Below the pieces are notes generated by a model that was not told where the DNA came from, did not search any database, and saw only the letters and a list, made by a program, of their open reading frames with translations. A DNA stretch of 64,000 bases, taken from positions 576,001 to 640,000 of the forward strand of contig CAVTHO010000004.1 of assembly GCA_963734545.1 (NCBI GenBank), written 5' to 3'. This document shows positions 1-10,159 of this stretch, one piece after another; the first letter of the stretch is position 1; the number at the start of each line of letters is the position of its first letter. Source of the DNA: an uncultured Spirochaetota bacterium. GTDB taxonomy: Bacteria > Spirochaetota > Spirochaetia > SZUA-6 > Fen-1364. A program made the translations under genes and the position numbers.

Positions 1-2
1 TC

Positions 3-386
3 GGGGCACCCGAAGTCGGGGTTGTCGAGCTCTCGGTGGGCGCGGGCCTCGTCACCATCATCTTCGTTTTTGCCATCAACATCGCCGGAGAGGAGACCGC
101 CGTTGCGGGCGCACTCGTTCCGCGGCCTCTCGCCTGGGTCCTGATGGCCCTGTTCCTGCTCCTCCTCCTCTGGCTGACCGTGCCCCGGCTCGTCATTCCC
201 GCTCTGAGCCGTGATGCCCTTCCCTTCCTGCGGGCGGTCTGGCAGGAGCGCAGCCTGGATACCATCCTGCAGGTGGCGCTCATCTTCAGCGGTGTGCTCG
301 GCTCCATCGGCCTCCTTGCCGACCGAAGGGAGCCGGCACAGGCGGAGAACAATGCGCGCGACGGCGCGACAGGAGGCACCCCTTGA
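3..386 (+). CDS. Hydrogenase/Mrp-type membrane subunit (DUF4040/MbhD-E-like), 5'-truncated by the window edge
   Basis: Frame is open from base 3: GAPEVGVVELSVGAGLVTIIF matches the MnhB/DUF4040-type helix. Hydrophobic, and first gene of the hydrogenase operon. Confidence 0.65.
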   Translation, partial: GAPEVGVVELSVGAGLVTIIFVFAINIAGEETAVAGALVPRPLAWVLMALFLLLLLWLTVPRLVIPALSRDALPFLRAVWQERSLDTILQVALIFSGVLGSIGLLADRREPAQAENNARDGATGGTP

Positions 387-694
387 GCGGCGACATGTGG
401 ACCATCGCGATAGCCGCGGTGGCAGGCCTCGTGGCTATCGGGATCTACGGCCTCCTGATTCTGCGCAACCTGATCAAAATCGTGGTCGCCCTCCAGGTCT
501 TTGCCAAGGGGACAATCCTGATCATGGTCGTGGCCGGCGGGATGGCGGGAAAACCGGCCATCGGCCAGAGCCTTGCCATCACCGTGCTCGTAGCCGACAC
601 CGCGATCACGGTCGTGGCACTGGCCCTCGCAATCCAGGTCCGTCGCTGGTGCGGAACTCTTGATACGCGCGCCATCTCCACGTTGAGGAGATAG
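383..694 (+). CDS. NuoK/MnhC-like membrane subunit
   Basis: 103 aa with 3 TM helices, IGIYGLLILRNLIKIVVAL motif; overlaps the upstream stop codon. Confidence 0.85.
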   Translation: MSGDMWTIAIAAVAGLVAIGIYGLLILRNLIKIVVALQVFAKGTILIMVVAGGMAGKPAIGQSLAITVLVADTAITVVALALAIQVRRWCGTLDTRAISTLRR

Positions 695-696
695 GG

Positions 697-2460
697 ATGG
701 AACATTCCTGGCTGCTTCCCCTGACTGTTTTCCTCCCCTGGGCCGGAGCCATCGTGGTGCTCGCCGCGGGCAGGGCCCCGAGGCTGCGCACCGGGCTGGC
801 CATCGCATTCGCCGCGGCGGACGCGGTGCTCTCCGTCCTTCTCATCCCGCTCGCGTCAGGAAAGACGGGTTTCTCGGTCGTGCTGGGAGGGCCGTTCGGT
901 GAGCTGAGCCTCCTGCCGGACGCCTTCGGCGTTTTCCTCGCCGCGGTGGCGGCGGTGATCGGCGGCCTGGCCGTGGTGTTTTCCGTGGACTACATGCGGG
1001 GAGAGGGGGGACAGGGACGCTACTATGCGCTGGTCCTCTTCTTCATCGGCGCAATGGTCGGCCTGGTGCTCTCCGCGAATCTGCTGATGGTGGTCGTGTT
1101 CTGGGAGATCACGGCGCTCTGCTCGTGGACGCTTATTTCATTTCACAACGACGATCCAAAGGCAGTGGCGGGCGGCATCAAGGCGCTCATCGTCACCGGG
1201 CTGGGAGGCGTGGGCCTCCTGGCAGGCTCCCTCGCCATTTACGCGCAGACCGGGAGCTTCGACATCCCCACGTTCATGGCCCAGGCGCACGGGTTCCCGC
1301 CGCAGCTCCTGGCGTGGATCGCGTTCGGGTTCCTGGCCGCGGCAGCGGCCAAGTCCGCGCAGTTCCCTTTCCAGACCTGGCTGCCGGATGCCATGGAAGC
1401 GCCCACACCGATCTCGGCCCTCATCCATGCCGCCACCATGGTGAACGCCGGCGTGTATCTGCTTGCCCGTTTCTATCCCGCATTCAGCTCCGTGCCGGGA
1501 TGGACCCTTGCCGTCGTGTCGGTAGGCGTCATTTCCGCATTCATCGCGGGCATCATGGCGGTGGTTGCCAACGACCTGAAGCGGGCTCTCGCGTGGTCCA
1601 CGGTGAGCCAGCTCGGGTTCATGGTCTACGCCATCGGCGCGGGAGGGATCTTCCAGAGCCAGTTCCATCTTCTCAGCCACTCGGTATTCAAGGCGCTGCT
1701 CTTTCTCGGCGCGGGCGCCGTGATTCACTCGGTGGGCACCCGGGACATGCGCGAGATGGGGGGACTCTCGAAAAAGATGCCGATCACCTGCGGGGTCTTC
1801 ATCATCGGGGCGCTCGCCCTTGCCGGGGTCCCGCCGGTGAACGGCTTCTGGAGCAAGGAGCTTCTCCTCGAAGGAGGTCTCCTCCACGGACCCCTCTGGG
1901 CCTATGTCGTGATGATCGTCACGGCAGGCCTGACCGCGCTGTATACGATGCGCTTCGTCTGGATGGTGTTCTTTGCCGCGCCCGGCAAGGAAATCCATGC
2001 GCATGAGGCAGGCCCGGCCATGAAAGTTGCGTTGATCCCCCTTGCGCTGGGAAGCCTGCTCACCTGGCTGCTCGCGGGACCTTTCCATGCGCTGTTTGCG
2101 CACACCCTTCCCTTCCACTTCGGCGGCGCGGGGGAGGGCGAGGCCGCGGGAACAGGGGAAATGGTCGTGGAAGTGATCACCTCGCCCTCCACGTGGATTG
2201 CGCTGGCCGTTGTCGTGATCGGCATCCTGGCGTGGATGAGCAGGGGATTGTTTGCAAAGCTGGGAACCGGATTGCGCCCGGCGCGCCGCGCGGCGGAGGC
2301 CGGGTTCGGTTTTGAGGCGATCAACAGCGCGGTCATCAAGGCCGTGCAGGGCGCGGGAGAAGGCCTGCGCGCCACACAGACAGGGATTCTCAACTGGAAC
2401 ATCGCGGCAATCGTGATTGCGGTCATCGCGGTCCTCGCCGCCGTTGCGTGGGGAGGATGA
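697..2460 (+). CDS. NuoL/MnhA-like proton-translocating antiporter subunit
   Basis: Motifs FWEITALCS, AKSAQFPFQTWLPDAMEAPTPISALIHAATMV, HSVFKALLFLGAG, GFWSKE. Confidence 0.93.
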   Translation: MEHSWLLPLTVFLPWAGAIVVLAAGRAPRLRTGLAIAFAAADAVLSVLLIPLASGKTGFSVVLGGPFGELSLLPDAFGVFLAAVAAVIGGLAVVFSVDYMRGEGGQGRYYALVLFFIGAMVGLVLSANLLMVVVFWEITALCSWTLISFHNDDPKAVAGGIKALIVTGLGGVGLLAGSLAIYAQTGSFDIPTFMAQAHGFPPQLLAWIAFGFLAAAAAKSAQFPFQTWLPDAMEAPTPISALIHAATMVNAGVYLLARFYPAFSSVPGWTLAVVSVGVISAFIAGIMAVVANDLKRALAWSTVSQLGFMVYAIGAGGIFQSQFHLLSHSVFKALLFLGAGAVIHSVGTRDMREMGGLSKKMPITCGVFIIGALALAGVPPVNGFWSKELLLEGGLLHGPLWAYVVMIVTAGLTALYTMRFVWMVFFAAPGKEIHAHEAGPAMKVALIPLALGSLLTWLLAGPFHALFAHTLPFHFGGAGEGEAAGTGEMVVEVITSPSTWIALAVVVIGILAWMSRGLFAKLGTGLRPARRAAEAGFGFEAINSAVIKAVQGAGEGLRATQTGILNWNIAAIVIAVIAVLAAVAWGG

Positions 2461-2461
2461 A

Positions 2462-4036
2462 ATGGGGTGGCCGAACTGGGTCTGGATGATCGCCCTCCCG
2501 ATAGTCACCTCGCCCCTCGTGTATCTGTGCGGACGGCTTTTCCAGCGCGCCCGCGATGCGGCGGGAATCCGGGACGCGGCCGCAGGTCGGCGCGCCGCGC
2601 GTCCCTGGAAGGCAAATCCCGTCCGCTGGATAAGCCTTGCCATCCTCCTGGCCTCCAGTGTTGCGCTGGTCCTTGCATGGCGGGACCTTGCTGCCGGAGC
2701 CGGCATGACGCTTTCCGTCGGCATCATCGCCCTCAAGTTCGACGGAATCAGCCTCCTGCTCTCCGCGGCAATCCTTGCGCTCGGTGTGATGGTCTCGCTC
2801 TTCTCGGGGCCTTACATCGGCCACGAGGACGGGCAGGAGAAGTATCACGCGCTCCTCAACGCGATGATCGGGGCCATGATCGGGCTGGGCTGCGCGGCGG
2901 ACCTCTTCAACCTGTGGGTCTGGTTCGAGACGGCGGCGGTTGCCTCCTATATGCTCGTGGCCTATCACTCGGACCGGCCGGCGAGCCTGGAGGCAGGGGT
3001 CAAGTACCTCGTGCAGAACTCGGTGGGTTCCATGCTCGTGCTGGTGGGGATCGGGCTCGTCTTCTCGCAGACTGGCACGCTCAGCCTGTCGGAGCTCAAG
3101 TCCCTTATTGCCGGGGGCTCCGTTCCGCGATTCCCGCTCCTCGCCTCGGGCGCCCTCTTCTGCATCGGGTTCGGTGTGAAGATCGCCATCGTCCCCATGC
3201 ACACCTGGCTGCCGGACGCGCATTCGCAGGCGCCCAGCGGGATCAGCGCCATGCTGTCAGGGGTCGTGATCCAGACCGGGCTGGTCGCGCTCCTGCGCGC
3301 GCTCTCCGTCATCATCGACATTTCGGCCGGATGGGGAACGCTCCTCCTGGTCTTCGGCGCGGTGAACATGCTGGTGGGAAACCTCCTGGCCCTGCGGCAG
3401 ACCCAGGTCAAGCGGCTGCTCGCCTATTCCAGCCTCACCCACGTCGGCTACATGCTCCTCGGCCTCGGATTCGCGATCACGTTCGGACAGGCGGAGGGAG
3501 CGCAAGGCGGCGTGTTCCACCTGCTCACCCACGCCGCCATGAAGGGGCTCGCTTTCCTCGCGGCCGGCTGCCTGCTGTTCGCGCTGAGGCTCTCCCGAGG
3601 TGACGCAGGGCCGCTCACCACCGCTGACCTGGCGGGCGCATCGCGCCGCTATCCCATTACCGCCCTGGCGCTCACCATCGCCCTCCTCAGCCTGGGCGGG
3701 CTTCCTCCCCTGGGAGGCTTCATGTCCAAGTGGCAGATATTCGCCTCGGGTGTGCAATCAGGTAATCCGATTGCGATTGCCCTGGTCGTGTTCGGGGTGC
3801 TCAACAGCCTGCTCTCCCTCGGCTATTACGCTCCGCTGGTGAGCATCATGTACCGGCGCGAGCAGTCGGACGTTGTCATCGGCGGGTCGCGCGTGCCTTC
3901 CGCCATGGTGGTGCCCCTCGTTCTCCTCTCCATCGTCGTGGTGGCGCTCGGCGTATGGCCGGCGCTTGCATCGGGCCTGACCGGACCAGCGGGCCGGGTT
4001 ATCCTCGATATTTTTGCAAAGCAAGGAGGGATGTGA
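2462..4036 (+). CDS. NuoN/MnhD (MbhH)-like antiporter subunit
   Basis: Motifs DLFNLWVWFE, EAGVKY, KIAIVPMHTWLPDAHSQAP, KRLLAYSS, GFMSKW. ATG at 2462 follows GGAGG. Confidence 0.92.
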   Translation: MGWPNWVWMIALPIVTSPLVYLCGRLFQRARDAAGIRDAAAGRRAARPWKANPVRWISLAILLASSVALVLAWRDLAAGAGMTLSVGIIALKFDGISLLLSAAILALGVMVSLFSGPYIGHEDGQEKYHALLNAMIGAMIGLGCAADLFNLWVWFETAAVASYMLVAYHSDRPASLEAGVKYLVQNSVGSMLVLVGIGLVFSQTGTLSLSELKSLIAGGSVPRFPLLASGALFCIGFGVKIAIVPMHTWLPDAHSQAPSGISAMLSGVVIQTGLVALLRALSVIIDISAGWGTLLLVFGAVNMLVGNLLALRQTQVKRLLAYSSLTHVGYMLLGLGFAITFGQAEGAQGGVFHLLTHAAMKGLAFLAAGCLLFALRLSRGDAGPLTTADLAGASRRYPITALALTIALLSLGGLPPLGGFMSKWQIFASGVQSGNPIAIALVVFGVLNSLLSLGYYAPLVSIMYRREQSDVVIGGSRVPSAMVVPLVLLSIVVVALGVWPALASGLTGPAGRVILDIFAKQGGM

Positions 4037-4037
4037 G

Positions 4038-4349
4038 ATGCCGTTTGCGTTCTCTCCCCCCATCGCGTTCGCCGTGTACTTCCTGCTCGCGGGAATACTT
4101 CTGGCGGTGGCCCAGTCCATTGCCGCCAGGGGGACGCCGAGCGCGTCCAAGACCAAGACCTACAGCAGCGGAGAGGAGGCCCAGACAGGTGCCGCCTCCC
4201 CGGGGTACAAGCCTTTTTTCATGGTCGCTTTTTTCTTCGCGATCCTGCATCTCGGGGTGCTGATCGTGGGAAGCGGCGGGTTCACGCCCGTGACGGGCGT
4301 TTACATCCTGGGACTGATCTTTTCCCTCGTGGCCCTGGCGCTGGGATAG
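4038..4349 (+). CDS. NuoA-like small membrane subunit
   Basis: 3 TM helices with the KTKTYSSGE loop typical of NuoA/MbhI-like subunits; RBS GGAGG upstream. Confidence 0.75.
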   Translation: MPFAFSPPIAFAVYFLLAGILLAVAQSIAARGTPSASKTKTYSSGEEAQTGAASPGYKPFFMVAFFFAILHLGVLIVGSGGFTPVTGVYILGLIFSLVALALG

Positions 4350-4351
4350 AC

Positions 4352-4924
4352 ATGAGGAGAAAGGGGGCGCATATGGGAAAACAGCTCGAGGGCAGGCTCC
4401 CCGGAGTTTTCCGGTCCGCGATGGACAAGGCGGCCCTGTGGTCGCGCATCAACTCACCCTGGCTGGTCCACTTCAACAGCGGCTCCTGCAATGGGTGCGA
4501 CATCGAGATCCTGGCCACGCTCGCTCCGCGCTATGACCTGGAGCGTTTCGGGGTGAAGCTGCAGGGCTCTCCCCGGCACGCGGACGTCCTCATCTGCACG
4601 GGCCCTGTCACGCGCCAGGCGCGTGACAGGCTTCTCCGCACCTACGAGCAGATGCCTGCTCCGAAGTTCGTGATCGCGGTTGGATCGTGCAGCATCTCCG
4701 GTGGAGCGTTCCATGGCTGCTACAACATCGTGGGAGACGTCGGCGATGTAATCCCCGTCGACGTGTACATACCCGGCTGCCCGCCGCGGCCGGAGGCGAT
4801 CATCGACGGCGTGGTGCAGCTTCTGCAGAAACTGAAGCCGCCCAAGGCCGCGCCAACGAAATCCGCGGAATACCGCGGCGCCGGGAAATCCGCGGAAGAC
4901 CGCGGCGCGGGGGGCACGCCATGA
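4352..4924 (+). CDS. Group 4 [NiFe]-hydrogenase small subunit (NuoB/EchC/MbhJ-like)
   Basis: [4Fe-4S] ligand motifs GSCNGCDIE, SPRHADVLICTG, AVGSC and YIPGCPPRPE. Alternative start at 4373. Confidence 0.93.
   Translation: MRRKGAHMGKQLEGRLPGVFRSAMDKAALWSRINSPWLVHFNSGSCNGCDIEILATLAPRYDLERFGVKLQGSPRHADVLICTGPVTRQARDRLLRTYEQMPAPKFVIAVGSCSISGGAFHGCYNIVGDVGDVIPVDVYIPGCPPRPEAIIDGVVQLLQKLKPPKAAPTKSAEYRGAGKSAEDRGAGGTP
4860..4908 (+). repeat. Two tandem copies of palindromic repeat AATCCGCGGA(A/G)TACCGCGGCGC inside the small-subunit CDS
   Basis: AATCCGCGGAATACCGCGGCGC at 4860-4881 and AATCCGCGGAAGACCGCGGCGC at 4887-4908; they encode KSAEYRGAG-KSAEDRGAG. Confidence 0.85.
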
Positions 4925-6665
4925 GCGTCGATACAACCCTTGGCAGCATGACGGAGCTGTTGAAGCCCTGGACCGTCCTGTCCCGACCGGTCAGCGACAC
5001 CCGTCTGGAGGTGGAGACGACCGCGGAGAACATCGTCCCGGCGGTCGGCGCGCTGAAGGGCGCGCAGTGGGGGTTCCTGTCGGCCATCACCGGGCTCGAC
5101 CATGGCGCCGCCGTCAAGGCGGATTCCGGTGCCGCCGCTTCCGGCGCCGCCCCGCCCAGCCGGCAGAGCCCGCCCGCAATGGCGGCGGCTTCGAAGTGCT
5201 CTATCACTTCTGCCGCGGACCCTCGGTCCTCACCTTCCGGGTGAAGCTGCCCCGGGAGACTCCCACGGTGCCGACCCTGAGCACCCTCGTGCCTTCGGCG
5301 CTGATCTATGAAAAGGAGCTTGCGGAAACATTCGGCGTCACGATCGAGGGCCTGCCTGACAGGAGGAGGCAGTTCCTTTCCGATGACTGGCCGACGAATC
5401 TCTACCCGATGAGAAAGGACTTTTCTCCCGGCTCGGCTGAAGGGATTGCGCGGGCAGCCCCCGTGGCTCCCCCTGTCGAGAGAAGAGGGACGCCGGGCAC
5501 ATTCATCGTCCCCATCGGGCCCCAGCATCCTGCCCTGAAGGAGCCCGGGCACTTCGAGCTCACCGTGGACGGTGAGATCGTCACGCACGCCAGCATCCGG
5601 CTCGGCTACGTGCACCGCGGCATCGAGAAAGGCGCCGAGGATCGAAGCTGGATCCACAATGTCTACCTCATGGAGCGCATCTGCGGCATCTGCTCCCACA
5701 TCCACTCCACCGCCTACGTGCTGGGCGTGGAGAAGCTCGCGGGGACCGCCGCGCCGCCGCGGGCACAGGCCATCAGGACCATCTTCGCGGAGATGGAGCG
5801 CATCCACAGCCACTTACTCTGGCTGGGTGTCGCCGCGCACGAGGCGGGATTCGACACGCTTTTCATGTACAGCTGGAGGGACCGGGAGACCATCATGGAC
5901 CTCCTGGAAGAGATATCCGGCAACCGGGTGAACTACTCGGTGAATCTCCTGGGCGGCGTGAAATACGACATCGACGCAAAGGGCGCGGACTCGCTCCGCC
6001 GCGGCCTGGACTTCCTGGAAAAGCGCACGCGCCACTATCTGAAGATCGTCACGAGCGATGAGAGCTTCCTCCGCCGCACGCGCGGCGTGGGAGCCATCAC
6101 CTTCGAACAGGCCAACATCCTGGGGACCGTCGGGCCCACGGCGCGCGCGTCCGGGGTTTCCCGGGACCTGCGCGTGGAGGCGCCGTACATGGCCTACCCC
6201 GACTTCCCGGTCAAGACCGTGCTGGACACGAGGTGCGACCTGGAGGCGCGCTTCGTCGTCCGCATCAACGAGCTGTTCGAATCGTACCGGCTCATCCACG
6301 CGATTCTCGAACGGCTCCCGCCGGGAGACCTCGCCGCTGCCCTGCCCCGCCGGGTGCCGGAGGGCGAGGTGATCAGCAGGGTGGAGGCGCCGCGCGGCGA
6401 GCTGTTCTACTTCATCAAGAGCACCGGCGGGGTGAAACCGGACAGAGTGAAGGTGCGCACGCCCAGCCTGTGCAACTGGGCGGCGGTGCTCAGCGTGGCC
6501 GTGGGTCACAAGCTGGCCGACATCCCGATGATCATGGTGGGAATCGATCCCTGCTTCTCCTGCAACGACCGCTCGATCACGGTCCGGCGCCGTGACGGAG
6601 ACGAGCACTGGACCTGGGAAGAGCTCAGGCGCTACGGGATCTCGTACTACGGAGGGGAGGCATGA
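4921..6665 (+). CDS. Fused NuoC/NuoD-like [NiFe]-hydrogenase large subunit, one frameshift near 5150
   Basis: The N-part (MSVDTT...FLSAITGLD) shifts frame in a C-run into ORF 5067-6665. Ni ligands ERICGICSHIH and DPCFSCNDR are intact and followed by a C-terminal extension. Confidence 0.92.
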
Positions 6666-7594
6666 ACGTCGTCCTCGCGATCGTGGCAATGCTGATCTTC
6701 CCCGGCGGGTTGTTCGTGATCGTCGGCAGCCTGGCGTACGAATACGTGGACCGCAAGCTCGTGGCCCGGTTCCAGAACAGGGTGGGACCCCGATGGTTCC
6801 AGCCGCTCGCGGACCTGGTGAAGCTCCTCGTGAAGGAGGAGATCGTACCGGCCGGGGTGAACCGGGGCCTGTTCATCTGGCTGCCGGTCGCCGCGCTGGC
6901 CGCGACGTTCACGGCAGCCCTGTACATCCCGATGGCGGGTCTTGCCCCCACGTGGGGGTACCGCGGGGACCTCGTGGTGACCGTCTACCTGCTCATGATG
7001 ATGACGCTCTGCATCGGTCTTGCCGGCGCGAACACCGCTGACAGGTTCTCCCTTGTCGGGTCCACGCGCGCCCTCACCCAGCTTTTCTCCTACGAGGCGC
7101 CGTTCCTGCTGGCCCTGCTGGGGCCGGCAATCGCCGCCGGGACCTGGCGGATCTCCGAGGTCAACGGGTACGCGCGGGAGAGCATGTGGATGATCGTCAC
7201 GCAGCCGCTCGGGTTCCTCGTTGCGCTGATCGGCCTGATGGGCAAGCTGGAGCTGCCCCCATTCGACGCGCCCGAGGCGGAAACGGAGATCGTCTCCGGC
7301 GCGCTCACCGAGTACAGCGGCCGCGGGCTCGCGTTTTTCCGCCTCGGCAGGGACATCGAGCTCCTGGTGGGCCTGACCCTGATCTCGGCCTTCTACCTCG
7401 GGGGCCTGGCCAATCCCCTGCAGTTCGTGCTGAAGACAATAGCACTGCTCTTCATCACGGCGGCCCTCCAGTCCCTCTTTGCCCGCCTGCGCATCGACCA
7501 GACCGTGGGTCTCTGGTGGCGCGCGGGGGCGGTGCTGGCGCTCGTGCAGCTCCTGATCCTGATCGGCCTCCGGGCCCTGGGGGTGCATCTATGA
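6662..7594 (+). CDS. NuoH/HycD/MbhM-like membrane subunit
   Basis: DRKLVARFQNRVGP, QPLADLVKLLVKE, PFDAPEAETEIVSGALTEYSG. Confidence 0.93.
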   Translation: MNVVLAIVAMLIFPGGLFVIVGSLAYEYVDRKLVARFQNRVGPRWFQPLADLVKLLVKEEIVPAGVNRGLFIWLPVAALAATFTAALYIPMAGLAPTWGYRGDLVVTVYLLMMMTLCIGLAGANTADRFSLVGSTRALTQLFSYEAPFLLALLGPAIAAGTWRISEVNGYARESMWMIVTQPLGFLVALIGLMGKLELPPFDAPEAETEIVSGALTEYSGRGLAFFRLGRDIELLVGLTLISAFYLGGLANPLQFVLKTIALLFITAALQSLFARLRIDQTVGLWWRAGAVLALVQLLILIGLRALGVHL

Positions 7595-8001
7595 AAATCG
7601 CCTCGATGCTGAACGACGTCTTCGCCTCCCTCTTCAAGCGGCCCTTCACCGAGCTCTATCCCTACGCCGTGCACCCCGCCCCCGCGCGCCTGCGCGGCAA
7701 GCTCCTCTGGGAGGAAAGCAAGTGCAAGGGGTGCATGCTCTGCGTGAAGGACTGCCCCGCCCGGGCAATCGAGATCGACGTGGCGGACAGGGCGGCGAAG
7801 AAGTACGTGTTCCACTACCACATCGACAGGTGCATCTACTGCGCCCAGTGCGTGGCGAGCTGCAAGGAGAACGCGCTCTCCATGTCGAGCGAGCTCTACC
7901 ACCTCGCCTCGACGGACAAGAAGAAGTTCACCGAGGTCTACCGCGGCGCGGGGGAAGGCGCCTGCGTGGAGGAAGCGGCCCCCGAGGAAGAGGCGCCGTA
8001 G
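7591..8001 (+). CDS. NuoI/MbhN-like 2x[4Fe-4S] ferredoxin subunit
   Basis: ATG at 7591 overlaps the upstream stop. Motifs CKGCMLCVKDCP and CIYCAQCVASC. Confidence 0.92.
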   Translation: MKIASMLNDVFASLFKRPFTELYPYAVHPAPARLRGKLLWEESKCKGCMLCVKDCPARAIEIDVADRAAKKYVFHYHIDRCIYCAQCVASCKENALSMSSELYHLASTDKKKFTEVYRGAGEGACVEEAAPEEEAP

Positions 8002-10041
8002 GATATCTCCGCCCTGGCGAGTGAAGGCCTGCCCTTGGGCACGAGGTCCCCGCTCACGGGCACGGGCACGATGACAAAGGGAATGCCGAGCTGGTGCAGC
8101 CGCCTCTGCACGGCAAAGGTGACATAGTTGTAGAGCACGCGGGAGAGTATGGTCTCCTCTTTGAAGACGATACGGCCGCCGAAGAAGATGCAGTTCGGGT
8201 AGTCGGTGAACATCTTTCCGGCCAAGCCGCAGATCTCATCCACCACGTCGGTGCCGATCAGGGGAAAGCCGCGGCCGTAGAGCCCCTCGCTGCGCACGAA
8301 GCTCACGTACCTGTCCAGACTCTCCTTGATGTGCGTCTCGAGCTTTTCCAGCTCGTCTTTTCCCTTGAAACGCTCCGCGTCGATGATGCCTGCCTGGATG
8401 AAGAAAAAATTCCGCACCCCCTTGCCGAAAAGACGCACCACATTGAAAAGCGTATGCAGGCCCATCCCGTTGTAGCCGCTGACCAGGATCACGGCCGTCT
8501 TTGCCCGGGGGCTGTAGCGGGGGCTCCTGCGCCTGCCCTTCCCGCCATGGTTGTCGGCCCGGGAGGCCTCCACCACCTGTACAAGGGTGTCGAGGTGAGT
8601 CAACTGCTTCTGCGTCTGCCTGTAAAACCGCCTGATCGCAACCGCCACGAGCATGAGGGATCCGGTGACGAACAGCGTGATCCAGCCGCCTTCTCCGAAC
8701 TTGATCACGATCATCGTGAGAAGAATGAAAACCGTGAGCACGAGCCCGACGCCGTTCACCAGTATCTTCCTCCACCAGCGGCGCTCGGTCTGCCGGGCGC
8801 GCCACCAATGCAGCACCATTCCGAGCTGTGAAAAGAAGAAAGTGATGAAGACGTTGATGCTGTAGAGGACGACCATGAACTTGACGGATCCCCGCGTGAG
8901 GAAAAGGAGAATGAGTGCCGCAGCCCCGGTGAGCAGAATGCCGTTCTTGATGACGAACCGCTCACTGAGGAGGCTGAACTGCTGGGGAAACCACCGGTCC
9001 ATGGACATGTAGGAGAGCACGCGGGGAGCGCTGAGAAAGCCTGTCTGTGCCGCCGCGAAGAGGAGAGCCGCCTCGGAAAGGAGCGTGAGCGTCACGAAAA
9101 CGCCGCCCATTGGGCCCCACCCCGCCGGTGAGCCGGCCGAACAGGGTGGCGTTCAACGTCTTGCCCGCCTCGTGGCGCACGTCGAAGATCAGGTAGCCGA
9201 TCATCAGGCCCGCGGCCAGAAAGGCCAGGGAGATCGCCATGTAGCGCATCGTGGTCTTGGCCGTCTTGACTCGGGGCTCGCGAAGGATCGGCATGGCATT
9301 GCTCACCGCTTCGATGCCGGTGAAGGTCCCCGCCCCCATGCTGTACGCGCGCAGTATCAGGAACAGGACCCCGAAGCTCCCCACTTCCACCGAGGTCTGC
9401 CGCACCTCCTGGGCCGTCCGGGAGGCAAGCACGCCGAACTGAGGAATATTGGCCGCAACGGCGTAGACCACGGCGACAACATGCATGAGGATGAAGATCA
9501 GAAAGACCGGCGTGAGGGTCATGACGGATTCCCTGACACCCCGGAAGTTCAGCAGGATCAGAAGAATCACGCCGCCTGCGGCAACCACGAGCTTCAGCGG
9601 CTGGTAGCTTATGGGCAGGGAGCTGAAGATTGCGTCGGTCCCGCTCGCAATGGAAAGCGCGATGGTGAGAACGTAGTCCACCAGCAGCGCGCACCCCGAG
9701 GCCATGCCCAGCGTCGGGTTGAGAAGCTTGCTCGCAACGACGTAGCCCCCGCCGCCGCCCGGGAACACCTCGACGATCTGCGAGTAGCTTGCCGCGATCA
9801 CGAATATCGTGAGCGCAGTGGCGGCCGCCACGAAGATCCCCAGGGGCACGTGGTTCCCCAGGGCGAGAAAGGCCTCCTCGGGGCCGTAGCTGGAGGAGGT
9901 CAGCCCGTCCGAGCCCAGGCCCACCCATGCAAGGAGGGCGACAAGGGATATCTTCTGAAAGAGCGCGGGATCGTCGACGGAGCGCGCGCCGCCGATCACG
10001 AAGTCTTTCACACGGTGCAGGATTCGGGACGCTGTCGTCAT
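7938..10041 (-). CDS. APC-family transporter, KimA/YdaO-like (possible K+ uptake), frameshift near 9120
   Basis: GSDGLTSSSYGPEE, GGGGYVVAS, TFTGIEAVSN, multi-TM core plus a soluble C-terminal domain. Two ORFs join at a G-run. Confidence 0.8.
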
Positions 10042-10159
10042 TCAGTGGGATCTTACCCGTGTCCGTGGCGCGGATGCAATCCCCGACACGCCTTGAATTG
10101 GACGTTTCGCGAGTGTACAATGTCTAGGCGCGATTCAACCTGGTCTCAAGGAGCAAGAG

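Noticed and set aside
1138-2736. Long antisense ORFs (also 17014-18432, 22331-23854, 23865-25469, 30071-31513, 39553-40932, 60521-62149)
   Set aside because: Shadow frames of well-supported genes in high-GC DNA, with no recognisable motifs.
3-8001. NADH:quinone oxidoreductase (complex I) operon
   Set aside because: The large subunit retains both Ni-binding CxxC motifs and NuoEFG are absent, which indicates a hydrogenase.
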